A stretch of DNA of 64,000 bases from Alphaproteobacteria bacterium. GTDB lineage: Bacteria; Pseudomonadota; Alphaproteobacteria; Bin95. The translations under genes and the position numbers were made by a program. The notes below the pieces were generated by a model that made no database searches, was not told where the DNA came from, and saw only the letters and a list, made by a program, of their open reading frames with translations. How positions within the stretch are numbered: the first letter of the stretch is position 1; each line of letters starts with the position of its first letter. Where the stretch lies: contig OZ224045.1 in assembly GCA_963665325.3 (NCBI GenBank), positions 2,368,001 through 2,432,000 of the forward strand, read 5' to 3'. Below are positions 50,401 to 58,605 of the stretch, piece by piece.

Positions 50401-51228
50401 CGCGAGCAACACGCCCGCAGCCGGGCCGCTCTCGACAATGCGGACGGGGTATTCGCCTGCCAGCGCGGGCGAGACGAGCCCGCCGTTCGACTGCATGATG
50501 GAAAGTTCGGCCGACGAGCCGGCAGCTGCGAAATCCTCTGCGAGCCGGCGCACATAAGCGCCCACCAGGGGCTTCACGAAGCTGTTCGCGACCGTGGTGT
50601 TGGTGCGCTCATATTCTCTGAGCTTCGGTGAGACATCGACCGACAGGCTGAGCGCCGCGTCGGGCACGCGCGCGGCGACGGCCCTGCCCACGGCCCGCTC
50701 ATGGGCGGGGTTGGCATAGGCGTGGAGCAGCGCCACCGCGACGGCCTCGTAGCCGTCCTCAGCGATGCGCTCCAGAACCAGGGCAAGCTCTTCCTCGTCG
50801 AGCGGCTCCAGCACCTCGCCCTCGAAGGTCACCCGCTCCCGCACTTCGAAAATCCGGTCGCGGGGAATCAGCGGGTCCGGCTTCCGCATGTGGAGGTCGT
50901 AGGTTTCGTAGCGTTTCTGCCGGCCGAGGATGAGTACATCCCGGAAGCCGCGCGTTGTAATCAGCGCCGTCTTCGCCCCGCGCCGCTGGATGATGGCGTT
51001 GGTCGCGACAGTCGTTGCGTGGAGAACCTGCCCTATGCCGTGCGCGCCCGCTCCGGCCTTTTCGAGCAGCGCCGGCAGGCCGTTCCGGACCGCTTCGGAA
51101 GGGTCGGCGGGCGTCGAGGGAACCTTGTGGACCGCAACGCGGCCCGTCGCCTCGTCGCGAAGCACGAAGTCGGTGAAGGTACCGCCAACATCGATTCCCA
51201 TTCGGTAGGCGGGTTTCTTGTCAGTCAT
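47482..51228 (-). CDS. Fused hydantoinase A/B (5-oxoprolinase family)
   Basis: GIDVGGTFTD, ESGPAAG, DMGGT, VGPESAGADPGPACY, then DPITF..GHLGS..GHFPD..GAGGYG. Confidence 0.9.
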   Translation of the reverse strand: MTDKKPAYRMGIDVGGTFTDFVLRDEATGRVAVHKVPSTPADPSEAVRNGLPALLEKAGAGAHGIGQVLHATTVATNAIIQRRGAKTALITTRGFRDVLILGRQKRYETYDLHMRKPDPLIPRDRIFEVRERVTFEGEVLEPLDEEELALVLERIAEDGYEAVAVALLHAYANPAHERAVGRAVAARVPDAALSLSVDVSPKLREYERTNTTVANSFVKPLVGAYVRRLAEDFAAAGSSAELSIMQSNGGLVSPALAGEYPVRIVESGPAAGVLLAGRIGRDIGADGVLSFDMGGTTAKLGAIDGGEPAIAPVFEIDPVRFKKGSGLPINVPAVELIEIGAGGGSVAAAVDGAIRVGPESAGADPGPACYGIGGLRPTVTDANLTLGYLNPAYFNGGAMALDPAQAEAALRRHVAGPLSLSTAEAAWGVHLVATGNMEHALRVVSVERGRDPRKYALVAFGGAGPLHAARIARSLGVRQVVVPRAAGVGSAVGMLAAESRLDASVTRLLRLDEAAPGDIAAIYAQLEARLAEDLARLPEASEPEFRRFAYMRHTGQGFEIHVDLPAGRIGEGYIGACEAAFRAAYKARYRTEDPASGVEGVDWALAAVVPGSRDVSAVEADARPIGEPPGMRRAWFPEAGGITETAIWRREAIGPDTLIEGPAIVEDAEATTVIPPGDRARLGPGGHLLIDVEQVASEQEPEDRARPTTAGPCSGAKAVEVSIDPITFTVIWNSVVSIAEELGTTMRHTAFSEAVREGDDFSTAVFDAKGRMIAQGNFSPGHLGSMPFVIRHVTEAYPPETLKPGDSILMNDSWMGSGHFPDFFQVMPVFEGNDLLGYVAASAHQMDVGGAAPGSQKVHGVTESFQEGFRILPVRFCREGQIDRDILSMVLANTRVPEKVRGDVMAQHTANLTAAERFRQLFRDHGRPVVEQSFDDILDRSEARMRAALASVPPGTYSFDDQMDDYGPGTAPIHFGVDITFAEGPEGAEVTVDFSRSSDQVPAAINSYINYTRAYTYFAVKVFCDPFSPQNAGAMRPIRLAAREGSFFNPKFPAPSGGRAALQVRIFDTINGAMAQAMPERAMGAFSHWSNPNIGGIDDRTGKPYVFYDLILAGYGGRADSDGPEGLSPVMNCSNIPVEVHETNLPVLIHRVELLDGTGGAGRHKGGSGLRKDIELLAGEGVLTLLGDRHESRPYGVFGGEPGALGETVLNPDGNGERLGSKEIRTLKRGDVVSIRTSGAGGYGRPGG

Positions 51229-51250
51229 TTTCCATTATCTACCAATGCTT

Positions 51251-51266
51251 TACGATGTGTATCGTA
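51251..51266. promoter_or_regulatory. Palindromic operator candidate upstream of the hydantoinase gene
   Basis: TACGAT-GTGT-ATCGTA perfect inverted repeat 22 bp before the ATG. Confidence 0.5.
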
Positions 51267-51556
51267 TCACCTGCACAGGAAGCATCCAGTTCGCCCGCAA
51301 TTGTACCGTAAGCGGATTTTCCTCAACTCTGAGTCCAGCGCACCATGGGCGCATTCTGTCCTTGGCAACTTCCTGCACGAGCCATCCTGCACATGCCGCC
51401 TCGGCCCTTCGCGCGTCGTTGAAGTGGGTAGTGCAGGGTACGAGGTTGCGGGCCAAGGTATCAAGCGGTCGGCAATTCTTCCGATGTGGGCCTGACCTGT
51501 CCCCGAGGCGCTTCTCTTCCGGTTCTGCGGTGTAGTTACTCCCCTGGTTGAAGACG

Positions 51557-51582
51557 GTGGCTGGTTTGCTCCGCCGTTGACA
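51557..51582 (-). mobile_element. Possible isolated IS21-family terminal repeat remnant
   Basis: Minus strand TGTCAACGGCGGAGCAAACCAGCCAC resembles recalled IS21 ends; no transposase adjacent. Confidence 0.35.
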
Positions 51583-51661
51583 CCAGCACCGCCGGTATTG
51601 GCCGAGCCGCCAGGTCGTCCGAATAGGCGGGGCCACCTCACTTGGGGAAGTTGCCCGCCTC

Positions 51662-51670
51662 TGTCATAAT
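51662..51670 (+). promoter_or_regulatory. Extended -10 element suggesting a leaderless smt transcript
   Basis: TGtCATAAT ends 6 nt before the ATG at 51677; no Shine-Dalgarno sequence. Confidence 0.4.
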
Positions 51671-51676
51671 GCTCAC

Positions 51677-52708
51677 ATGGCTCGTTCTTCCGCCAAACGG
51701 GCGGCTTCCCGCTCGCTCGCGAATCTAGCTCCGGACGACGTGAAGTCCGTGGTGGACGACTACGCGGCGATTTACGACGCCGGCGAGCAAGGCAGGAGAG
51801 AGCAGTACCGCTCGCTCGTAAATCATTATTACGACCTTGTGACCGACTTCTACGAGTTCGGCTGGGGCCAGTCCTTTCACTTCGCGCCCCGGCGCCGGGG
51901 TGAGAGCTTCAAGGCGTCGCTGCTCAGGCACCAGCATTTTCTCGGCGACCGGTTGTCCCTGGAGCCGGGGATGCAGGTGCTCGATGTGGGATGCGGGGTC
52001 GGCGGGCCGATGGGCAATCTGGCGCGCTATTCCGGAGCCGGCTTTGTCGGCATCAACAACAACACCTACCAGATCGAGCGCGCCAAACATCACACCCGGG
52101 ATGTCGGGTCGTTGTGCCGCTTCATCCACGGCGACTACATGCGGATTCCCGAAGGAGACGATTGCTACGACGCCGCGTTCGCCATCGAGTCCATGCCCCA
52201 CGCGCCGGACAAGGCGGGGGCGTTCCGCGAAATCCTGCGCGTCCTGCGCCCGGGCGCCTGTTTCGCGGGTTACGAGTGGTGCCTCACCGACGATTTCGAC
52301 CCTGAAAACGCGGAGCACCAGTGGATCAAGAACGAGATCATGGTCGGGGATGCGCTGCCGGAAATCGCCTCCATGCCGGAGATTTGCGACGCCTTGCGCA
52401 CGGCCGGGTTCGAACTGCTGGAAGCCAAGGACCGCGCCCCCGAGTCGGACCCCGGGATGCCCTGGTACCGCGCCCTGCAGGGCCGCGATCTCACTCTTTC
52501 CAGCATCCCGCGCACGCCTTTCGGTCGGGCCCTCACCAATCTGACGCTGCGGGTCGGAGAGAGGCTGCGGCTGTTTCCGGAGGGTTCCCGCGCGGTCAGC
52601 ACGCTGCTGAATGCGGCGGCGGACGCGCTGGTCGAAGGCGGCAGGACCGGCATCTTTACGCCGATGTTCTTCTTCCTCGCCCGCAAGCCCCTGCGCCCGG
52701 AAGACTGA
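51677..52708 (+). CDS. smt: Sterol 24-C-methyltransferase (ERG6/SMT family)
   Basis: YYDLVTDFYEFGWGQSFHFA (sterol-binding region I), VLDVGCGVGGP (SAM), AIESMPHAP, YEW, GGRTGIFTPMFFFLARKP. Confidence 0.93.
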   Translation: MARSSAKRAASRSLANLAPDDVKSVVDDYAAIYDAGEQGRREQYRSLVNHYYDLVTDFYEFGWGQSFHFAPRRRGESFKASLLRHQHFLGDRLSLEPGMQVLDVGCGVGGPMGNLARYSGAGFVGINNNTYQIERAKHHTRDVGSLCRFIHGDYMRIPEGDDCYDAAFAIESMPHAPDKAGAFREILRVLRPGACFAGYEWCLTDDFDPENAEHQWIKNEIMVGDALPEIASMPEICDALRTAGFELLEAKDRAPESDPGMPWYRALQGRDLTLSSIPRTPFGRALTNLTLRVGERLRLFPEGSRAVSTLLNAAADALVEGGRTGIFTPMFFFLARKPLRPED

Positions 52709-55700
52709 CCGAAGCCGCTTCGGCGGCAAGGCGGACAGCCGGAATCGACCGGTCCCGGCGGCGGCGCTCGTAAAGACCGAGCGCGTGCAGCGGGAAATAC
52801 TGGCGATAGAGGACGTAGTCCAGCAGGGCCGTTCGGAAGAAAACGCCGGCCATGTCCTGTTTGGGCCACGTCCCTTCTGCCTCCTGCGTGTCCAGCAAGA
52901 ACCTGGCGCCCCGCGAAATAGCGGCCCAATTCGAGTCGCCCGCCTCAAGAAGCGCGATCAGCGCCCAGGCGGTCTGGATGACCTGGCTTTCCTCGTGAGA
53001 GACATAGCGGCCGGTCAGGCACCCGCTGTGATGCTCGCCCCAACCGCCGTCGTCCCGCTGGCGCTCCAGCAGCCAGCGGCAGGCCGAACGCAGCGCCGGA
53101 TCGCCGGGAGACGCCCCGGCGGCAAGAAGACCTCTGACTCCGAACAGGGTGCCGTAAATGAACTGAACGCCCCATACGCCGCGCCACGACCCGTCGGTCT
53201 CCTGGGTCCGGCGCAGCCACGAATCGGCCCGGGAGACGGCATCCGCCACTGCCCCATTTGCGATTCCGGGACAGTGCTCCCTGCACGCGCAGAGCGCCGC
53301 GAGGCAGGACGCGGTACATTCGACAAACGAATGCTCGGTCATCGAGTCGCCGAACATCTCGGCGGGATTCAGCCACTCCAGGCCGAAAGCCGAGCGTCGC
53401 GCCTCGTAGCTGCCGAAGCCGCCGTCGCGGTTCTGGCCGCGCAACATGAACCCCACCGCATCGCCCAGCGCGGCGCTGTCTGCATCGGCGCCCCGGGCGG
53501 CGACAATCCCGAGCACCGCCTCCGCGGTGCAGTCGCTCACCGGCCAGCCATGCCATCCCCCGGCAAAACACCATCCGCCCCTGGGGTCGGTGCGGTAAGC
53601 CTCGCGAAACCCTTCGAAGCTGGTGTCGATCTGCTCGCCCAGCAGGAAACCGGCTCCGCGCCCGAGTGCGTCCCCGACCCCGGCGGGCTCGGGCAGCGCC
53701 GCCAGCGCCTGCAGCGCGAACCCGGTGTCCCAGGAGGCGCTTCTCGCACCGGTCACACGCGCTCCCTGCTCCTCGTCCTCCCAGATCCAGCCGTCCAGCT
53801 GCGCGAGCGCCTCGTGAAAGTCGGGGTCGTCCGGATCGTGGAGCCACAAGGCAAGGATGTTGAGGAGACCGCTGACCGGGGAGATACTGGTGTGGCTGGT
53901 GGTTTGCAGCTCCCACTTTATGCGCCGGACCATGTCTTCCGCGCATCGGGCGCGCAGGCGTTTGCCGTGGAACCGTTCGAACAGCCGGGCAAGCCCGTAT
54001 CCGATCTTGAGCCAGGCGCTCGGCCGCGCGTAGAGGTCTGCATCCCGCAAGCGGTTGCGGGATGCAGAAAAATCGACGCCGGCAAAGCCCTCCGGGAACA
54101 GTTCCTCCCGCAAGGAGGCGATCTCGGGCGTGACGGGCGCCTGGAACCGGCGCGCGTAAATCGCCGCCATCGCCATGTAGATCAGCCGCGTATGGCAGTA
54201 CCAGTTCGAGGGGTGCAAAGGTATCCGGCGCGGCAGGCTCCAGAGCTCCGGCAGAACCGCGGTCACCCCTCGCCAGTCATAGAGGTTGAGAAGCGCCAGC
54301 CAGAACTTCCCCCAGCTCGGAATGGCGAGAACCCCCTCGGCCTGCAGGAACCGCCGGGCCGGCGTGACCAACGGATCGTCCCGCTCGACACCGAGCAGTC
54401 TCGCCGCGACATAGACGAGCGCGGTGACGAACAGGTGCGGCGGCGAATGCTCGTGCAGGCCCCATGAGCCGTCTTCGAGACGGGTCCGTTCGAAGGAGCG
54501 CAGCACACGCCGGCGCCGCCCGGGCTCCAGCGGCCGCCCGATAATGCAGTGCAGCAGCGCATATTGCGCGGTGAGCATGGGGCACCAGACCATCTCGCCT
54601 TCCCAGGCCCCGTCCTCTCTCTGTAGACTCAAAAGGCGCGCGGCTGCGCTCCTCAATGCCGGACCGGCGTCGGGCGATTCGATTTCCTTCGGGCCGGCAG
54701 GCCTGGAGGATTCGACGCCCGGAGACATGGAGTACAGGAACGCGCGGGCCAGTCTGTTCCGGGTCTGCCTGCTCTCCTCCCGGCCCTCGCGACTCGCTTT
54801 CCGCAGCTGCCGAACGCCGCTCTGGAGCCACCAGATGCGAATGGCGAGCGCCCTGAAAATGGCCCGGGTCCGATGCGAAGCGAACCGGCGGAAGGAGAAC
54901 GGATTCTCCCGGGTCAGCGCCCGGGTCACCGTTCCGCAAAATGCGAGAGTCATGCCGATCGCGGAGCGGTCCTCGCAGGCGAGTATCCGCGTGGTCCGGT
55001 CCCGATACGCTGGATTCGCCCGCCAGCCTCGGTAGATCGCGGATCTGAGGGCGACTGCTTCCACGCGATGATCGGCGAAGACCTCGTAGAGCCCCATTGC
55101 GAGGAACTCGGGAATGCGGGTCGCCCGGAAGCGTTCAGCGGTGAAGTCCCGAAAGCGCTCGTTCTCGGCGAGCGTCAGCGCATCGCCGAAACCAAGCGTC
55201 ATGCCGACCGCCGTCATGGGATGGTAGTGCCCGGCCGCGTCGCCGATCAGAACCCGGCGCGGGCTTCCGTATGTGACGCGCGGCCTCAGCTGATTGGCCG
55301 CCGCATGGAATTGGCCCGCCCGCAACGCCTCGACGAAGGCCGGCCCGAGGGCCCCCGGCAGCAGCCCGGCGCAGGATTCCGACAGGAAGGCAACCCGGTC
55401 CCGGGGCGTCCAGCGGTCCAGCGGAAGATCGACGATGACCCGGACGCAGCCGTCGGCCAGAGCGTATATGAGAATCGGACCCGGCCCGCCCAGCACCACA
55501 TGCCCGTAGCCTTCGAAGGGCAAGCCCGCTTCGCCTATCGTGACCCCCAGCATTCGGGAGCATAGCATCGGGTCCGTGGACAGACCCAAAGATTGGCGCA
55601 CGATCGAGGCCCGGCCGTCGGCACCGACAATGCGCGCAGCGGCTATGGAGCGTTCGGCGCCGTTTGCCGAGAAGGTAACGCGCTCGTCATCGACCGCACT

Positions 55701-56090
55701 GACCCGCGCGTGGGAAATGAAATCGACGTCGGCTTCGTCCTCGATGGCTTCGCGGAGGCTCGAGACGAGCAGCGCATGATCGCATGCCAGACCGCGGGAC
55801 CCGTCCGGATAGGGAAGCAGGATCGGATCTGAGCCGTCCTCCGGGAACACCGCAAATCCGTTGCCCGGCGTGCTTCGGGGCAGCGTGTCGATGTCTATCC
55901 CGATGTCGCGCAATATCCTGACGGCCGGCGGATGCAGCCACTCGCCGGCCAAACGCCCCGACGCCTTGGGATTGGCTTCGAGGAGGGCCACCCGGGCACC
56001 CTTGCGCGCATGGGCGAGCGCGCACAGGCTCCCTACCGGGCCCGCGCCGACAATGGCGACATCGTAAGGCCGCTCGGCGGCGCCGCTCAT
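52656..56090 (-). CDS. Squalene epoxidase-oxidosqualene cyclase fusion (1144 aa)
   Basis: N-terminal VGAGPVG, RLAGEWLHP, GADG, GDAAGHYHPMTAVGMT; C-terminal QW repeats, IPSWGKFWL, WYCHTR, HGWPVSDCTAE, WLNPAEMFG, WGVQFIYGT. Confidence 0.93.
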   Translation of the reverse strand: MSGAAERPYDVAIVGAGPVGSLCALAHARKGARVALLEANPKASGRLAGEWLHPPAVRILRDIGIDIDTLPRSTPGNGFAVFPEDGSDPILLPYPDGSRGLACDHALLVSSLREAIEDEADVDFISHARVSAVDDERVTFSANGAERSIAAARIVGADGRASIVRQSLGLSTDPMLCSRMLGVTIGEAGLPFEGYGHVVLGGPGPILIYALADGCVRVIVDLPLDRWTPRDRVAFLSESCAGLLPGALGPAFVEALRAGQFHAAANQLRPRVTYGSPRRVLIGDAAGHYHPMTAVGMTLGFGDALTLAENERFRDFTAERFRATRIPEFLAMGLYEVFADHRVEAVALRSAIYRGWRANPAYRDRTTRILACEDRSAIGMTLAFCGTVTRALTRENPFSFRRFASHRTRAIFRALAIRIWWLQSGVRQLRKASREGREESRQTRNRLARAFLYSMSPGVESSRPAGPKEIESPDAGPALRSAAARLLSLQREDGAWEGEMVWCPMLTAQYALLHCIIGRPLEPGRRRRVLRSFERTRLEDGSWGLHEHSPPHLFVTALVYVAARLLGVERDDPLVTPARRFLQAEGVLAIPSWGKFWLALLNLYDWRGVTAVLPELWSLPRRIPLHPSNWYCHTRLIYMAMAAIYARRFQAPVTPEIASLREELFPEGFAGVDFSASRNRLRDADLYARPSAWLKIGYGLARLFERFHGKRLRARCAEDMVRRIKWELQTTSHTSISPVSGLLNILALWLHDPDDPDFHEALAQLDGWIWEDEEQGARVTGARSASWDTGFALQALAALPEPAGVGDALGRGAGFLLGEQIDTSFEGFREAYRTDPRGGWCFAGGWHGWPVSDCTAEAVLGIVAARGADADSAALGDAVGFMLRGQNRDGGFGSYEARRSAFGLEWLNPAEMFGDSMTEHSFVECTASCLAALCACREHCPGIANGAVADAVSRADSWLRRTQETDGSWRGVWGVQFIYGTLFGVRGLLAAGASPGDPALRSACRWLLERQRDDGGWGEHHSGCLTGRYVSHEESQVIQTAWALIALLEAGDSNWAAISRGARFLLDTQEAEGTWPKQDMAGVFFRTALLDYVLYRQYFPLHALGLYERRRRDRSIPAVRLAAEAASVSLPGAGACGRGRRTSA

Positions 56091-57496
56091 TGGAAAACGC
56101 CCGGCTCCGAACGACGACGGTAGCGGACCCGGCACGGTGTCTCGGGGCCCGTCACCCAGCTGCCGTAATTCGGACGCGGAAACCTGGTACCGGGAAGGAA
56201 GTCGAAGCGGTCGAGCAGAACGGTCCAGATCGCCTTGAGCTGCATGTAGGCGAAATTCTTTCCCATACACGCGTGTTTGCCGCCGCCGAAGCCGATCAGG
56301 GCGTAGTGATGCTGTTTGTCCTCGCTGGCGGGCGGCGCGAAACGGTCCGGGAAGAACTGCTCCGGGTCGGCGAACACATGGGGCAAGCGGTGGGAGACCG
56401 CCGGCGACACCATGGCCATGGCGCCGGCGGGCACGATATTGTCCCCATAGCGCAGGGGGCTGAGCACCTTGCGGATCAGCAATATCAACGGCGGGTGCAG
56501 CCGCTCGCACTCGCGCACGGCATTCTCCAGCACGGTTTGCTGCCGGAGACTCGAGATGCCAATGGCTTCCGCCTCGCGGTAGACGTCGTGCATCTCGTCT
56601 CTGACCCGCTCCAGGTAGGATGGCGCCCTCAGGAGCTCAAGACCGGTCCAGGTCGCGAGCACCGCGCTCGTGTGCTGGCCCGCGAACAGGACCGTCAGCA
56701 GGATCCCCGTTATCTCGTCGTCGCTCGGGGCGCGTCCGTCCTTGTAGCGCGCGTCCATGAGCGTCTGCATGAAATCGTCGGGGCTGGCTCCGAAACGGCG
56801 GCGCGCCGCCATGATCCCGCCGAAGATCTCGGCCACTTTCCGCCGCGCCCTGTCGCGGGTTCGATGGGCGGCTGTAGGAAGTTTGGGGAGAAAGAACCCG
56901 AGCGTGTTTATGCCGTTTTGCAGGTCGTGGTACGCCTCGGCGAAACCGGCGTCCACCTGGTCGCGGACTTCCTGCCCGATGAGGCAGCGGCTGGCGATCT
57001 TAACGGTGAGCTCGTTCATCGCGTGCGGCAGGTCGATTTCCCCGTGCTCGCCGAGGGCATCGGCAAACCGCTTCGTTTCGTCGAACATGATGAGCGCGAA
57101 CCTGCGCATGGCGGCTTCGCGGAGCGCCGGAAACAGGAACCCCAGCTGCTCGGACATGATTTCGGGGGAAGCGTCATAGGCCACGCCGCGTCCGAAGATG
57201 GGTATCGTGAACCGGTAGACGGCCTTGGCGTTCAGCTGTTCCTCGGGCGCCCTGAAATAGAAGTCGTGGGCTTCGGGCCCGGCGAAGAGAACGAAATCGC
57301 GGGGACCGAGCCTGAAGCGGAAGAGCTCGCCATGCTCCCGCCAACCGCGGCTCAGCATGGCGACGGGATCCCTTTGAAACTCCGCCAGATGGCCCAGAAG
57401 CGGCCACCCGCCCGCGAGTTGGGGAGCGCCCTGCTCCACACGCGGCGCGGGCTCCGCCGGATGCAGGGTTGCCGGATTGTGGGACCGGTTCGCCAT
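56087..57496 (-). CDS. cyp51: Sterol 14-alpha-demethylase CYP51
   Basis: YRFTIPIFGRGVAYD, FAGQHTS, ECERLHPP, heme motif FGGGKHACMG. Confidence 0.92.
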   Translation of the reverse strand: MANRSHNPATLHPAEPAPRVEQGAPQLAGGWPLLGHLAEFQRDPVAMLSRGWREHGELFRFRLGPRDFVLFAGPEAHDFYFRAPEEQLNAKAVYRFTIPIFGRGVAYDASPEIMSEQLGFLFPALREAAMRRFALIMFDETKRFADALGEHGEIDLPHAMNELTVKIASRCLIGQEVRDQVDAGFAEAYHDLQNGINTLGFFLPKLPTAAHRTRDRARRKVAEIFGGIMAARRRFGASPDDFMQTLMDARYKDGRAPSDDEITGILLTVLFAGQHTSAVLATWTGLELLRAPSYLERVRDEMHDVYREAEAIGISSLRQQTVLENAVRECERLHPPLILLIRKVLSPLRYGDNIVPAGAMAMVSPAVSHRLPHVFADPEQFFPDRFAPPASEDKQHHYALIGFGGGKHACMGKNFAYMQLKAIWTVLLDRFDFLPGTRFPRPNYGSWVTGPETPCRVRYRRRSEPGVFQ

Positions 57497-57504
57497 CCTC
57501 GCCC

Positions 57505-58605
57505 TCAATGGATAAACGGCAGCATCGAAAAGCGCGCCTGCTGCCTGTAGCGCTCCCACAGCTCGCCATATTTGGCGCGGCAGCGCCGCTCATCGCGCGT
57601 CGAGCGGTGCCATAGCAGGCCCGCCAGCCACGCCGGCAACAGGAAAGGGAACCAGGACGCAAGTCCGGTAGTCAGCGCGAAAGCGAGGTAAACGCAAATC
57701 TCGCCGGTATAATTGAGATGGCGTCCGATGCCCCAGAATCCGGAGACCAGCAGGCGCCCGTCCAGGGTCCGGGCGGGTTGTCCCCAGATCGCGATATCGG
57801 GGTCACGCTTGAAGCGGTGCTTCTGCTGGTTGGCGCCGCGGAAAAGCCAGAAGCCGAAGACGAACAACAGGGCGATCGCCGCCGCGGCGGCCGGAGACAG
57901 CGGTTCCGGTGCGTGAACCAGCCACCAGCCGGGCAGACAGTAGAAGAACGGTACCAGCACGTAGTCGCCCCAGACCAGCATCCACCCGAAGCGCTCGCTG
58001 ATGATGTCCCAGGTGTGGATCATTCCGTGCTCGAACTGGAAGTAGTTGAGCACGTAGAGGAACGTGAAGACCTGATAGAGCGCCATCGCCAGGGTAAGCT
58101 CGCCGTAGGTCTCGTACTGCACGACGGCAAACGATGCGTTGATCAGCGCCAGGCCGATGAGGGAGGGGCGGTAGCTGAAGAACTTCAGGTCCAGCCCGAG
58201 CCAGACCGGGCCGGCATCGACACCGCAGAAGAACCCCCGCAAGAATCCCGGCGATGCGTTGGGCGCCAGCGCCCCCCGCAGATACAGCCAGCCGGCGAGA
58301 GCAAAGGCGAATCCGTTCGCGGCCACGAACAGGGCCGCAAAATGGGTATGCAGCACGGATAGGGAGAACCAGCCGAAGGCCTGCGCGAAGCCTGCCGCGA
58401 GCGCGGCAGCCAGGAACAGCGCGAGGCCGTTGAGCTTGTAGACGCGCTGCCCGCCCTCGGCATCCGGCCCCGCGATGCGGCGGCCGGGCAGCAGCATCGA
58501 TCCCAGGAACAACACCGCGACAAACACCAGCGCCATCGCTGCCGCTTCGAGCAACGCCCCGCCAGAAAGCGCGGACGACAGGTTGGACGCCTCAGACGTG
58601 GGCAT
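57505..58605 (-). CDS. ERG4/ERG24-family sterol reductase (probably C-14 reductase)
   Basis: YKLNG, DLKFFSYRP, DIISERFGWMLVWGD, LLVSGFWGIGRHLNYTGE, HRSTRDERRCRAKYG. Confidence 0.9.
   Translation of the reverse strand: MPTSEASNLSSALSGGALLEAAAMALVFVAVLFLGSMLLPGRRIAGPDAEGGQRVYKLNGLALFLAAALAAGFAQAFGWFSLSVLHTHFAALFVAANGFAFALAGWLYLRGALAPNASPGFLRGFFCGVDAGPVWLGLDLKFFSYRPSLIGLALINASFAVVQYETYGELTLAMALYQVFTFLYVLNYFQFEHGMIHTWDIISERFGWMLVWGDYVLVPFFYCLPGWWLVHAPEPLSPAAAAAIALLFVFGFWLFRGANQQKHRFKRDPDIAIWGQPARTLDGRLLVSGFWGIGRHLNYTGEICVYLAFALTTGLASWFPFLLPAWLAGLLWHRSTRDERRCRAKYGELWERYRQQARFSMLPFIH

Noticed and set aside
51250-51641. Short ORFs between the hydantoinase gene and smt
   Set aside because: No motifs and atypical composition; treated as intergenic or decayed DNA.
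56091-56510. 140-aa N-terminal extension of SE-OSC given in the ORF track
   Set aside because: Lies inside cyp51; the ATG at 56090 overlaps the cyp51 stop and directly precedes the FAD motif.
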